A DNA stretch of 64,000 nucleotides, taken from the NCBI RefSeq assembly GCF_009914755.1, contig NC_060937.1; one strand, 5' to 3'. How positions within the stretch are numbered: the first letter of the stretch is position 1; every line of letters begins with the position of its first letter. The DNA comes from the human T2T-CHM13v2.0 reference genome, Homo sapiens. The translations under genes were made by a program, and so were the position numbers. The notes beneath the pieces were generated by a model. The model had not been told where the DNA came from, made no database searches, and worked only from the letters and a program-made list of their open reading frames with translations. Shown here in pieces: positions 25,573 to 38,934 of this stretch.

Positions 25573-27847
25573 TTTTTAAAACGGTTAAAGCTATATTGGA
25601 GTGGTTAGCAACCTGATAGAAATTGTTCGATTTTCCCACATGTACACAATATGTCCAGATATGCGTGGTCATACATAAATTGACTGGGTTTGCCACATTG
25701 TATATTGGCCATTACAATGAAAGAAGATAAAGGACAACCTAGATAGATTTCCTGTTAGCTGATTCTAAACTGTCTGCAAATATTTTAAAAATTCAGTTTA
25801 CAAGAATTACCATGATCATAATCTTGTCACTTGTTTTTCATTTTCTCTTTCATTCCCTGAGGTCTGTGACTCAGCACAAAGTACCTAGACTCCTACCCAC
25901 CATAAATGTATTGACTTGGAGTAATTGTTTGTACACATCTCTCACGTTTACTCGTTGATCAAGAAATTTCCTTGGGGTTGAGGGATTCCCTGAGTAGTAT
26001 CTAGCTATATGAGGTAGAAATGTTGTCACCAATAGTTCTGAGTCTGTGTATTTTTAACTTGTGTGAGTTTTAGCTGAGTCACTTGCCCTGGGGAAGAGAC
26101 AGGAAAATGAAAAGCAAACAGAAGGATAATTAATAATAGTGGGAATTCTTACAAGCACTGGAAAAAAAAAAAGAATTTTGGATTATTTAGAGGAGATGTA
26201 ATGAAACTAGCCCTTCATTCTTTCATGCTTTAGTATAATGTGTGTACAGGTGTGGTGTCCATCTTTCAGGCTTGTAAACATTTTAGCACATGCTCTTTGC
26301 ATAATATATCAGCACTATAAGAAAAATGTAAACTTCTGGCTTTTAGAAGGTGGCAGACTAAAGAAGCAACATTCAGAGGCAGTTCTAATTTTTACTGTCA
26401 CTGTGTGCCCGGCATTACGTTGGCTGTTGTCATGTACGTCATTTCATTTATCCCTTACAATGACCTTTTGATATCTGATTATCATGCTCCCACTTTTCAA
26501 AAGAGGAAACAGTACTACTCTAATTTGGATTTGGTTTTTCCCAGGCAGTGGTGCCCTTCATTGAAGCTCAACATGTTACATTGTCAAGACTGCAAAAATA
26601 TAAAATACTTTATCTGAAAATTAGGAAAACTATACAAAAAAACAGGAAAACTTCGCTTTTAGTAAAGGAGCCAAAGCACAGACATAATTCTTCTCTTCAT
26701 TCACAGCAAAGTCTGCCTGCCTGCAAATAAAGAAATTCATAAATAGAAAAGCAATATTCATTCTTCATCCCCTCTTCCTCCACTTTAAGATACTGTGTTC
26801 ATTCTCCTATGCATGCAGCAGTCCCTCAATCAAGGATTAATAAGAGAGGAATCTAATTGAGAGATTCACAAATGCCAATGTTCAAACTGAAGATAAACCT
26901 GCCTATCAGACTGGGAGTGCAGCAGCGGGAGGGAGGGAGGTTATACTGTAAAGCTTCTTGCTCTATCTTGTCTACACTTGTTCTGGGAAAGCTTGGCTCA
27001 GAGCTCTAAGGCACAGGTGTCTTTATCTTTCTTTACATAAAAATAGCAACCAAAAGCAACTTTATTTTCTTCAGAACTTGCTTCTTACCATCCATCACCA
27101 TGTGTTTGCTGTTACCTAGATTAGGAAAGCCAGGATCTTTAGTTGGCTTAGCTTGGCACATTTACCTTGGAGGAGGCTGAAATATTCTCAGCTATTCTAG
27201 AGACTTGATTTGCCTAGGTACTTCCAGACTCTATAGGAGGACAAATTAAGTGGTATTGGTAGCAGTTGCCAAGGAGCCTAAACACCTGTGATTGGAAACT
27301 GCTAGACTGAAGTAATATGAGATGGCAGTAGTTCCCCAGAAGACACACCTAAGGACCGAAAATGGAGTCTAAGTGAAAGGAGAGGTACAGGAGATTCTAG
27401 GCCTGCCCCAGGACAGGCAAAGAGGACCGGCTAGGAAGGTGATGTATGGGCTTTTACAGTGTTTGCTTCCCAAACACAGCTCTAGGGGATCTGAATAAAA
27501 TCCTTGAAAGAACAGAATAAAATTACATCATCAAGAGATTTTAGTGCACAGATTTTATGAACTACCTTGCACCATCCTGGATGAGTTATGATGTCCAGCT
27601 GCAAAGGGTGTGACCAGATATATGGCAGAACGGAAGGTTATCAGAAATGATCCAAATACCATTTTCCTGAGATGGTTGACCAGAAAAACAGACTGCAGCC
27701 AGTGCTGAGAGCTGCTAGTGAGAGCCCTATTAGATGCCATCAACTCCAAGACATATGGCTAACAGTGAGCCACAAGAGGAGAGCCCAGCCCAGAATGCTG
27801 CATTTCTCAGAGCTTCCTAGGAGATCCTAAGCCCCACACCTCAAGCA

Positions 27848-29026
27848 TGAAAATAACGGAAAATCTTGAATCCCTTCAAGGGAAATTCCAGGCACCTAGC
27901 TAGCTCTGAAAAGTAAATGAGTTACTTGATAAGCAAGAAGGTAAGGGTAGCATGAAACAATGGCCAAGGAAGTTAGAATCATGGGAAGTTTAGTTTCCCT
28001 ACAGAAACTAAAGATAACATCTTAGCATATATCCCTGAGTTGTTTTTCAGAAACCCACACCCCCAACTAACAGACCTGCTGGCATGTGGACCTAAGATAA
28101 GGGCGATAAAAGAAAAACTTCAGCTGAATTAAATTTAAAGGAGTTTAATTGAGCAATGAATGATTCGCGAAATGGGCAGCCCCTAGAATCACAGCAGATT
28201 TACAGAGACTCCAGTGCAGCCACGTGGTGGAAGAAGATTTATAGACATAAAAAGGGAACGACCTACAGAAATGAGAAGTGAGGTACAGAACAACTAGATT
28301 GGTTATAGCTCAGCCTTTGCCTTATTTGAACACAGTTTGAACACTCAGCAGGGTATGAGTGGTTGAAGTAAGGCCGCTAGGATTGGCCAAGTCTCAGCTA
28401 TTGTTACAGGCGCACATTACTAAGTTAAGTTTTCAATCTTGTCTGCCTATTAGCTAGGTTGCAGTTGATTCACAAGGACTCAAATATAGAAGTAAGGAGT
28501 CCTTCTCCGTACTTATATATAGATGTATGGAGTACTTCTCAGGCCATATTTAGTTCGCGTTAACAAGGGAAAACTAAGGACTGAACTCTGACCACTATTC
28601 TTTGTTCTAAATTTCTTCCAGAGGGGCCTGGATGAGGTCACACCCATGAGCCAGAGCTAAGGTTCTTTTCATCTGACCCCAAATTTTTAGACAAAACTTT
28701 CCCTCCTTAACCAATTGCAAATAAGAAAATCTTTGAACTCACCTATGACCTGTGGACTCCTACCTTGAGACGTCTTACCCTTTTAGGTCAAACCAATGGA
28801 TAGTCTGTAGGTACTGATTTATGACTTTGCCTGCAACCTCTGCCTCCCGGCCTTTCAAAACCCTTACCTGTAAGCCATGAAGGAGTTCAGGTCCTAAGTA
28901 TTAGCTGTCCGATTTTTCTTGCTTGGTGCCCTGCAATAAATGCTTCACTTTCTCTTGCTGCAATCCTGATGTCAGTGTTTGGTTTTCCTGTGCCGGGTGT
29001 GTGAACCCAAGTTCAGTTCAGTAACA
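27848..29026 (+). mobile_element. ERV1 solo LTR, MER39-like (split by a MER57 insertion)
   Basis: TG...CA ends; 'cccttcaagggaaattccaggcacctagctagc', 'aggactgaactctgacc', AATAAA at ~28935; ~715 bp once the insert is removed. Confidence 0.75.
28104..28565 (-). mobile_element. ERV1 solo LTR, MER57A/B-like
   Basis: 'agaaaaacttcagctgaattaaatttaaaggagtttaattgagcaatgaatgattcgcgaa...ctcaggccatatttagttcgcgttaaca'; 4-bp TSD aggg at 28100-28103 and 28566-28569. Confidence 0.88.
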
Positions 29027-30099
29027 CCTATCATTCCACTGTGTGTCACCCTGTAGGATCAAGTGATTTGACCACTACTATCCACTTGATATCTTTGGGA
29101 GGGTAGAGATAGCTTACTGTTTGTCATATTCTTTCTCAGGAGAGAGAATAATAATTATTGTTCAGATTCTGGAACAAACTCCAACCAATTAAGGATAGTT
29201 CTAGCATTGAATCGAACCTGGAGGATTGGTCCAGGGGAAAAATGGTGTTACTAACAATTCTAACTAAAGATTTGTTTTAATGTAATTTTAAAATCTTTTT
29301 TCTTCAAATCTTGACTCTTTGGATTATCTCTATTAATTGGTAACACCAACTACGACATGAAATAGGATGATTCTGTCTTACTTTCTCAGCCAATTTGGTG
29401 TTTGAATCATAGTCTGAACGTTATATAAGAGGTAGGTATATTACAAAAATTGTCTAATTCTATTTGTCTAATTGTCTGTTCAAGTCTAATGAACCATTTA
29501 TTCAATTAACATTCACAATTGAAAAGAAAAAGAACTACTGTGGAAAAAATGAAAAGAAATCGATGGGGGAAGCTAAATAATAACATCAATACATTTGTTG
29601 GTTTTCTTTTTTCATTTTCCTGTTAAATTCAATGCCCTCCAAGACTTTCATACAAAAGAAAGAAAGTGAATATTGAATCAGGGGAATTTTTAAATTATGT
29701 AAAATTTCTGCCTATAATAGTCATGTGTGGGGAAAGGTATATTATAAAACTTTTTTAAAAGGTTATTATGATTATTATTCCTGGAAACCATGTGCTATAG
29801 AAAAGTTAAATTTGTCATTCTCAGAAGCCAGTTCCACCAGCAGGAGGATTTACATTGTAATTTTTAATTTTTTATTTTTTAGCAAAAGATATTGTGCTAG
29901 GACTCTAGCTGCTCTGGACATTTTCCTAGAATTTGAGGTTTGAAGTTGGAAGAGATGGAGGAAGAAGTTTACAGTCATGACACTCTGAACCACCAATGGC
30001 AAAGCAGAACAAACAGAAATGAATGCTGGGTGCCAGAAGGATTGTTGATTTGTTCTTGCCTGATACTCACAGTCCTGGGGACAGTTAAGGGGATGTTCC

Positions 30100-30484
30100 T
30101 GTAAGGTTCCTGTATTGGTTCGAACCCGAGAGCGCGCCAACAGACAACAGCAGGCAATGTGGAGCAACATGCTGTTTTAATGAGCGCCTGGGTGCAGGCG
30201 GGTTAAGGCCTAAAATGGCGTCAGCAGCAAGTGAGGACAGGGCAAAGATTTTATAGTCCCCTGTAAACGTGAAGTGCCCTAGTCATGTAACTGCTACGTT
30301 GTACCCGGATGCCCTCTTTCTGGATCTTTAGGGGCACATGTCTTCCGGCCAGCTCTCTTCCTGCTTCTGCTATCTTGCTGGTGCACGCTGCTGAGGCAAG
30401 CTGCCTTGCGACTTGCGGCTGGGCCTGAGAAGGGAGGAGTTACTCATCCCCTTAAGCTTTCAGGCCCCGGGGCAGAATCTTACA
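30100..30484 (-). mobile_element. ERVL solo LTR, LTR18A-like
   Basis: tgtaag...cttaca termini; 5-bp TSD gttcc/gttac; 'ggttcgaacccgagagcgcgccaacagacaac'; minus-strand TATAAAA (~30250) and ATTAAA (~30178). Confidence 0.8.
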
Positions 30485-33400
30485 GTTACCAGTCTATAAA
30501 AGAGACTTTAGTGAAGTTCCAAGACACTAACTAGTTTGAGAACAGCAAGAAGTTCAGTTCCAGCATAGGACTAATAGGAAGTAGCTAGGTTATAAAGCTT
30601 TAGAAGTTCAAGAATAAACACAATGAGAGGCTTCAGTAGCTATGAGGACAAGTTTGGTAGACCTGAAGAAAAACCTTGAAAACCCAAATGACCTTGACTT
30701 GACATTTCCATAGCTGCAATGGTGAGCCAGCATAAGCGCCTGAGCATTCCTTATGACACATTAACTAATACTCTCTTCCTTTATTCACATACGAAAAGTC
30801 CTTCTTCCTATGTTAGGTGCAGGAGACACTGCCTAACACCCAGTTTTGTTTCTGAAAACCCTTGGGGTAGGATCATTTGTGGTTCAAATACTTCTGGGAT
30901 CAAAAAAAATGTTATTGCACTGTGGCTGAGAGTGACTCTATGAAAGTCTTTGTAAATGTTTGCACAAACAGTAAAATGTTTATACAAATAAAGTAATATT
31001 AGAGACTACTGTATATTTCATTTCTTGCTCCTGAGAAATAGTCTAGCTTCTGCCTTCCCAGAACTTTAAAATGCTTATAAATTATTTTGCTTTATTTCAT
31101 GAAGTTGTATTCTCACAGATATTTTTTTCTACTCTGGTCTCCAAACCAAACATTAACGCCTTCCTAGTTTTAAGATTCAGAAGTGTTGACTGCTGCCTCC
31201 AAATCCCAGAAATGCAAAGTAATTTGGATGCTTGAGATTTAACAAAGCTTTGGGTAACCTCTGTTTAACTTTCCTGACATGCTGAAAGATATTTCTCAAA
31301 TTCTCTCTCTAAAGAGACTCCCCTAACAGCTCAAGCCCCTTCTGCAAACAGTTCAGCTCCAGGAATATATTAAAAGGCCCAGTTTTTTAGGTTCCTTTAG
31401 TTTTCTTTATATGTCCTAAGGCAAAAATCTTTAACCATTTCCTTTGAGGTGGGGCTTACTGTTCTTCTTTTACTCTTCCTAGTACTCACTTCCGTGTCTC
31501 TCTGTTATCAATAGAAGAAATTCAAAAGTTTCATATACTGGAGATAAAATTCTCATTGTTGAGTAAATGATTTGCTGGATTCAATAGAATTTGCTTAAGA
31601 GAAACTCAGAGCTTTGAAGAGTTTGCTGTATTAGCAGAGTCACATCTTACTCAGAGACTGAGATCCAAAATCATCACACACAATAAATACTGCCTGTAGT
31701 CTAAATTAACTTCAAAATCTCTTAAGTTCTCCAAAAAAGAGAATATTGTACATTTCATGGTGTGTCTATCATATCTAGCTCTGGAACACTGCTGGACACC
31801 CAGTGAGTCAGTTGGCTAACATTTAGGCCCCATGTTGAAACGAAAGCACAGAGAATTGAAATTCTTCAAGATCAATGTCTTTACAATGTGGGAGGTATCC
31901 TGATTCTAGAGAATAAGTTAGTGGTGGGTACTCCTGCTTAGAGGTTTAGATTCCTTTGTAGACTACAGCAAGACACAATGGAAACTATGGCAAATCTAAG
32001 AACTTTCTTTGGAAGGTTAAATTAAGCTCTAGGCTCAGAAGTTGACCCGAGCAATTCAACCTCAGTGTTCACTGACTCAACATCACTTCAATGACATTCC
32101 GATCAAATTTTCCCTATGGTGAAGAAAACTCAGAATAGTATTTCAGTAATATTCACAAAGTTAACTTAAAATCTCCATAATTCAGGTAAAAATAATTTAT
32201 TAGATATTTTAAGTGGTTTATTTTTCAAATGACAGTTTTTAAAAATCGCTTTCCAGTAAAAAGTAAAAGACTCTTATTGTACTCAACGAGCTATAAATAT
32301 CCTGTCTTTTTCTTTCTCTAAATTATAATTTCCATTTGTTTAACATCTAATTTAGTTCTATAAATATCCAATACCATTTTGATATTTGCTCAAATGTGCC
32401 AAGTACTGACCTCTTTACCAAATTAGGTCTGTGATCAAATCAGGGAAAAAATAATACACTTAAATTCTGAATGCTATTTGTCTAGCAAGGCTAAGCAGTT
32501 AATCTTTAAATACACTGAACCTTTCTAGAATCTGTGGCTATTGGTGGACTTGACAATTAAAACACTTAAAACCATTTATTTCAAAAACATCTTTAAAACA
32601 AGTTACTTAAAATTAAACCAAACGATTTATTCTACAGTTTCAAATTATAATTTCATTAGTTGCTTATGTAACTATTGATGGTAATCAGATAAGAATGTTT
32701 ACATTAACAATTTGTTTTCAGAAAACTGTTTAGAAAGTTTATCACAAAAATACTCCTAAAAATACAAAAAGCCTTTTAAAAATTATTAATCTAGGACAAG
32801 TTATTGTAAAAGTTTTCGATAACATAAATAGTTGAAAAAACTCATCTCTCAGAAACAACCTCTATTAATATACTGATGTATATCCTTTCATGTTTCTTTC
32901 AACACATAAACACACATATACTTATTAACAGACCGTCCCAAAACTGAGCTCAGTTATTTATTATAATTTTCAGTATTTGGTATTTTAATTATATTGATTA
33001 TAAGGTACATACAGATGTTTCTCTAATGCATATTGAGTTTGTTTTTCCTAAAGGTTTTCTTTTTCTGTTTTTATTTCAATAGAAAAGCAAAAGATATTTG
33101 CCAATGAACAATAACCTGGATGCTCAAAGGGTGAGTTGAGTTTAGACACGTGATATGTTTTTATTAACTATTCAATAAATTTTATGTTCAGTTTAGGATC
33201 AATTACATTTCAGAGGATCTATAAGTTCAGAGACTCTCCTAGATGTTTGCATGTATAATTTCCTCTAACGTATAACTCTATTATCCCCAGCTTTACACTG
33301 TAACACTGAAATTCAGTGTAGTTATCTAATTTTTCTGTAGAATTAACATTTACTAGTAGCAACTCAGAGTGTGTTACAAGGCACATTTCAGCTTTCAAAG

Positions 33401-34679
33401 TGTTTTTTTTCACTGATTATATATTATTTAACCAGTTTTCTTAAAAACGTATATAAAAACTAATAATAGTGTTATTTTTATTGACTACTGACTACAAACT
33501 TTGTGGTAAATATTAGTTTTATTTGCTTTAATTTGCAGATGATAACCCTGAGGTTGAGGGATACCAAGTACCTTGTCCACAATTCAGCAACAATGGGACA
33601 GGTGTGATACAAACCTCTTGTTCCATCTTGTTCTCTTTCTGCTTGACCATTGCACCATTGAGAGAAGTGAAACTTGGGCTGAGTCTACAAGGGGCACCCA
33701 AAATAACCATGGTGTGTTTATATTCATTTAAAATCATAAAATTTGTGTAGGAAATAGTTTTCCAGAATGACTACTTATATGGATTAAATAAATCAGATAC
33801 ATTTTATATCTCTCATTCATTTTCTGCTATGAAACATGAATTATATGGCACACTAATAGAAATAAGTCCTTTACAGAATTCCGTACTGATCATTTTTCTG
33901 ATTTTTCTCACAATTGGCACATAAATCTGGCCTCCAAAACAACATGGAGATCACCTAATCTCCAGGTGTCTGGGATTTCATGGTTTATGTTATTTGTGAT
34001 TTTATGAAGATGCCAAACAAATCCACCCATATTCTGAAATTATCATATAATTGTTCTACATTATTATATCCATCAGACTAAGAAGGATACATGTTGAGCC
34101 CTGATAATCACCTTTGATTTCTTCTTATGAAGGGAAGTGATAGCCCTTTTTGGTATGTCTAAGGGAATTGTTCAATGTAGAGACTGGATTGTCTTCTTGG
34201 GCCCCACTGATTCTCCTCCCTCCCAGGTTTGTCTGTTCTGAGATGTCCACTTCTAGCATTACAGCCTAACTTGCAGTCACACAGTCCTTAATCTTCGCCT
34301 TTTCATTCTGCTAATGATTGTGCAATATGTTGCTTTCTATGCCTTTCTGTACTCAGCGTTTGCCATCTCTCTATCAGTAGCTGGATTCTTTCTGCTGCAC
34401 CAGCATGCTCCCAGGCCTAGAGAAAACTGGAGTGGGTGATTCAAAGCCTATTTGCAAGGAAGACTCCCCTTTGCAGTTCAAATCTCAAACTTATCTCCAT
34501 GCAAGCAACCCTGATACTTTCTGATTTAACATTCTTAAGGCCATAAGAGCTCTAGTAATATAATAGATTACTTCATAATTATCTTTTATTTATTTCCAAG
34601 AAATGGAAATAAGTTAATGACAGTTTTTCCTAGTGCCTTACCTTGATTTGTTTTGCTTATGTATTATGGGCACACACAG

Positions 34680-34843
34680 CAAGCTTCTCTATTATAATAC
34701 CCAACACCTAATATGTATCTGTCTCCCTAGCGAGGCTGGGCTTCTTGTGGCTCATTCACATTTATGCCCCCAGAAGCAAGCCCGATGCCTGACACACGGA
34801 GGTCAGGAAAAGTCTGAAGAACATTTGAGTGAATGAATGAATC
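34680..34843 (+). mobile_element. L2 3' end
   Basis: 'gatgcctgacacacggagg...acatttgagtgaatgaatgaat' tail. Confidence 0.7.
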
Positions 34844-36339
34844 AGTGATGTCCCTTTATGCTACTACAAAGTTAATTTCATTAAAATAGTGTCTTTACAT
34901 TGCTATGAAAGCAAATAAAATTTTAGTTACCCTAGATTTTTAGAATTGATTTCCACACATTCTAGAAATTTTGTTCTTATATTTTTAAACATTCTACAGT
35001 AGAATTAATGTAAAACTGTAAATATGAAGCAGAAGAAAAGCCAAATTCATAAAAGAATTCAGCAATATATAGTTAAAAACAGACATGGTTCCCTTCAGCA
35101 AGCTTTCCTGTTCAAATCGTTTCAGTAAATAAATATTTAACAAGCAATAAGACTGATGTTTATATTTACATGGCAGTCAATTTATGTTGTATAAAAGCTA
35201 AATTCCCCATCCCCAATAATACTTTTTACTCTTTGACATTAGTCTGCAACAAATGGCACAATTGTGCTAAAAAGAAAGAAAAAATCCCATAATAAAAACC
35301 ATTCACTATGCCAAATATGTCATTACATTTTTTTCCCTTTCAGCTGCCAGATGTATTGCATTATATTATCAAATTGATAGATCTAGTGTTATTTCTACAT
35401 TTACCATTTTACAACAACAAATAGAAATATAAGGAAGCTTTGGTAACAAATCTCGCTTAATATGTATGTGAAGTAGACAGTTTGTCTAAGAGAAAAATAT
35501 AACTGATGACAGATTTCATTTCAGTCTGCTAGTGCTTATTAAGATGTCTACAAACAAAAAGCCATATCTGGGTACATCTCTTTCTGCAAACAAAGGAAAG
35601 TTTTAATTGCTTTAATCAGCATTTGCATTGTCTTTGTGGTGACATAGAAAAACAATTCAGGTCTAATCAGGAAATGTCTTCCAAGGGAGAATTCTTCAGC
35701 TTAGACTTTAAGTGAACCTAATAACATATTTCCTATAATTCTTGAATAAAGCTTAACAATGTAATACTGTGCTGACTTCTATTTAAATTATTCCTAAGCC
35801 ATTAATAGAAAGCCTGGTGCTGTTTTTTGCTATGTCCTTATTAGGAATATCATTTTCAGATATAAAAATGGTTCCCATAAAATGAAAAAGTAGACTGAGC
35901 AATCAACCTCAAGTGTCAGTATTACAATTTTTTTTTATCAACAATATCTTAAACCTAAAGAAGTCTTTGCTTTGAAGGTAGTCTTTTCAATTTAGTTTCC
36001 CAAATATGTATTACATCCCTACTAGGTGAAAGATACTGTTATAAACTGAAAAAAAAAATGTTAAAAAGAATAAGAGAACTCTACAGCATTTAAATAAATC
36101 TGCAGCCTGAGGTATTTGACTGGGAGCATTTTCAAAACTCCTGGAACTGCAATGTGGTGTGTAAAAAAAAAAAAAAAGCCATTTACTAAATACAAATGTT
36201 TCTGCAACCTTCAGTAAGGCAAAAGATCCTTCAATTTATGTCCCAGTATCTCATATATATATCACTTGCCACTTGCATTCTGTAAATACTGCAATGACTC
36301 CATTCAGGAAAAAAATGTTCTCATTAATGGATGGATAGT

Positions 36340-37060
36340 GTAAAATGTGGTATGGAATGGAAAGTGGGCTTCAAAATTGGGAAAAGCAAAGTACAAAGCC
36401 TTCTTTAGTCTATCTCATTGGAGTTCTCTAAGCTTGAGCAAGTTATTTTTCACATCTCTGGGCCTCAGTTCACTCATTTCTAAAATGAGGATTCATTTGT
36501 TTTTGAATCCAAAAAAAATTGTGGAGCCTTTCCTGTGGCCCAGGCACTGTGGTAGCACGTGTGACACACAGGCCTTGTCTTCATGAAGTTTACCACCCAA
36601 CATGCTAATGTGTATTAATCCAAAAATCACATCGACAAACAGAGTTATTGTAGTGTGTCACAGGCTACACAGGGGAATCTTACAGTTCTTTGGGGGCCTA
36701 TGTCTTGAGAAAGTGCAGTTGATATTGAAAATGGAATTGAGTTATTCAAGTGTGTATTCCTATAAGAAAGACCTGGGGGGATGGTTTGCAGGAAGACGTT
36801 TGAATGCACTGAAATTGACTTTACTTTACATTTCTTTTTCTCTTTCTTGGCTGTAATAAGTTTACTGCCAGAGGATGAAGTCCCAAGTCATGACGATACT
36901 CTTCCTCAGAAGACTGTGTTACTTTGGGCAAATTACTTAATCTCTGTGTGCCTTAATTCGCTCAGTTCCTAAATAAGAACTTATGTCATAGACCTATTTG
37001 GGTTAAACAAGGTAATATTTATAGAGTTCTTAGAATGGTACCTAGCATATAAGTACTGTT
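36340..37060. mobile_element. MIR / L2 / MIR cluster
   Basis: 'tctctgggcctcagttcactcatttctaaaatgagg', 'gcccaggcactgtggtagc', 'actttgggcaaattacttaatctctgtgtgcctt'. Confidence 0.65.
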
Positions 37061-38179
37061 GTTGGTGTTGCTGTCAACTGGTACTCATGGCATGTCCCAT
37101 GAGACAAACTGTTGCAAAAACAAAAACAGAAATAGAAAACTTTAAACAGCCAAGCCTTAGATTTTAACAAAGAAGATAAAAAGTTAATTCAAGGTACCCT
37201 TTGCTGGACATTAGGGAAGACGATGCTTTTTTTTTCAAGGCTCTTTCTTCCTTTTTCTTCCCCACCCTGGGCTGGGGATGCCCTGATTTCCTGTCAATAG
37301 GTAGACATGGGGGTAGACTACGATCATGAGGGAAAGCAAACTTGCTTCCAGCAAACTTGATTTTTCTCCTGGAGTCATGCTATAACTTCCTGACTAGAAA
37401 CTCCACAAGTATTGAGCACAAGGATAATTAAGAAAAGACCTTCACTTTCAAGGAGCCTACACCCTAGTTGGTGAGGAAAACAAGACAAGACAACAAAAGC
37501 ACACATTTCAACAGAATAGCATTTATAAAATAATCCACATGATTATCTGCTCCGTGAATACAAAAATCAAGGCTTACTTATCTTTATGTCCCCTAGAGCC
37601 TGATAATAATGCTCCATAAATGTTTGCTGGATTGAGTTGAATACATTAACAAGCACAAACAAATAAGAGTTTGAGCAAGTAATTGCCCAAAGAATGTCAC
37701 ACCTAGGAGTGATCACGTGGAACTCTGGGGTCCCCATCAGAACCCTGGTAGATGTAGGGGAGCCAGCCCCCAGCTTTCTTTTATGAGTTCCTGATGAGCC
37801 AGTCACCTTGGAATCACTGAGGAGCAATAAAATCAAATGGTATATACCAGGTACCCTTAGGCAGTCCAGAGAGTCTACTTAATATTTAAGACATGTAGTA
37901 GTGAAATGTTTCTTCCTTCTAATAACATGCCCTAGTTTGAAAGCCTTGTTTTCTGTGAATGATTTTATAAGTAATTTTATTTATAATGAAATCAATGCTA
38001 ACTATCCACAACTTCATGTCTTCATTTATTCCTACAAAATTAAACATTTTCCTAAATGAAAATATTAGCATGCCAGTCTTTGTGGTTTCTGGGTATGGGA
38101 TAGAGCTGTAACATGGCACATACCACTTTGGAGCAGAGAGTTCCCTTATCCATCAGAGGGAAGTAAAATTCTGGTGCTG

Positions 38180-38506
<327 letters not shown>

Positions 38507-38767
38507 CTAGGTTAGAAAAGAAAATTCTGTCTTTCTGTCTTTTGGATCCTGCTGTTCCTTACTTGGCCCTTTTTGTCTAAAAAGGATAAAAATAAACATT
38601 TTTCAGTTTATCCCATCTGCCAAAAGCAAAGGTGACCACTCCACTCTCCTGTTCTAAGATTAAAAATATTCAATATATTGAGGATATAGGTTTTATGCAA
38701 AGGAAACATTAGTGTGTTTCAGACAGGTGTTCTCTCTAGTTATCTTCAGTTGTTCTGACTCTCTTAC

Positions 38768-38934
38768 AGCCTTGTTTCTCAAAGTGCGGTCCTTGAACCA
38801 GCTGCATTAGCATCACATAGGAACCTAATGGAAATACAGAATTTCAGGTCTCATCTCAGACCTAGTGAATCTGAGTCTGCATTTCAGCAAGAACCCAGAT
38901 GACGTGCATGCACATTACAGTTTGAGAAGCACTG
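38768..38934. mobile_element. MER5A1-like MITE
   Basis: 'tttctcaaagtgcggtcc...gcattagcatcac...cacattacagtttgagaagcactg'. Confidence 0.85.

Noticed and set aside
25400-25696. ORFs with 'KKIWYIYTMDYYAAIKKNE' peptides (also 42766-43240, 60302-60544)
   Set aside because: Decayed L1 ORF2p C-termini inside truncated L1 copies
27250-27840. Purine-rich LTR-like sequence upstream of MER39 (similar case at 48590-49350)
   Set aside because: No family, termini or TSD could be assigned by eye
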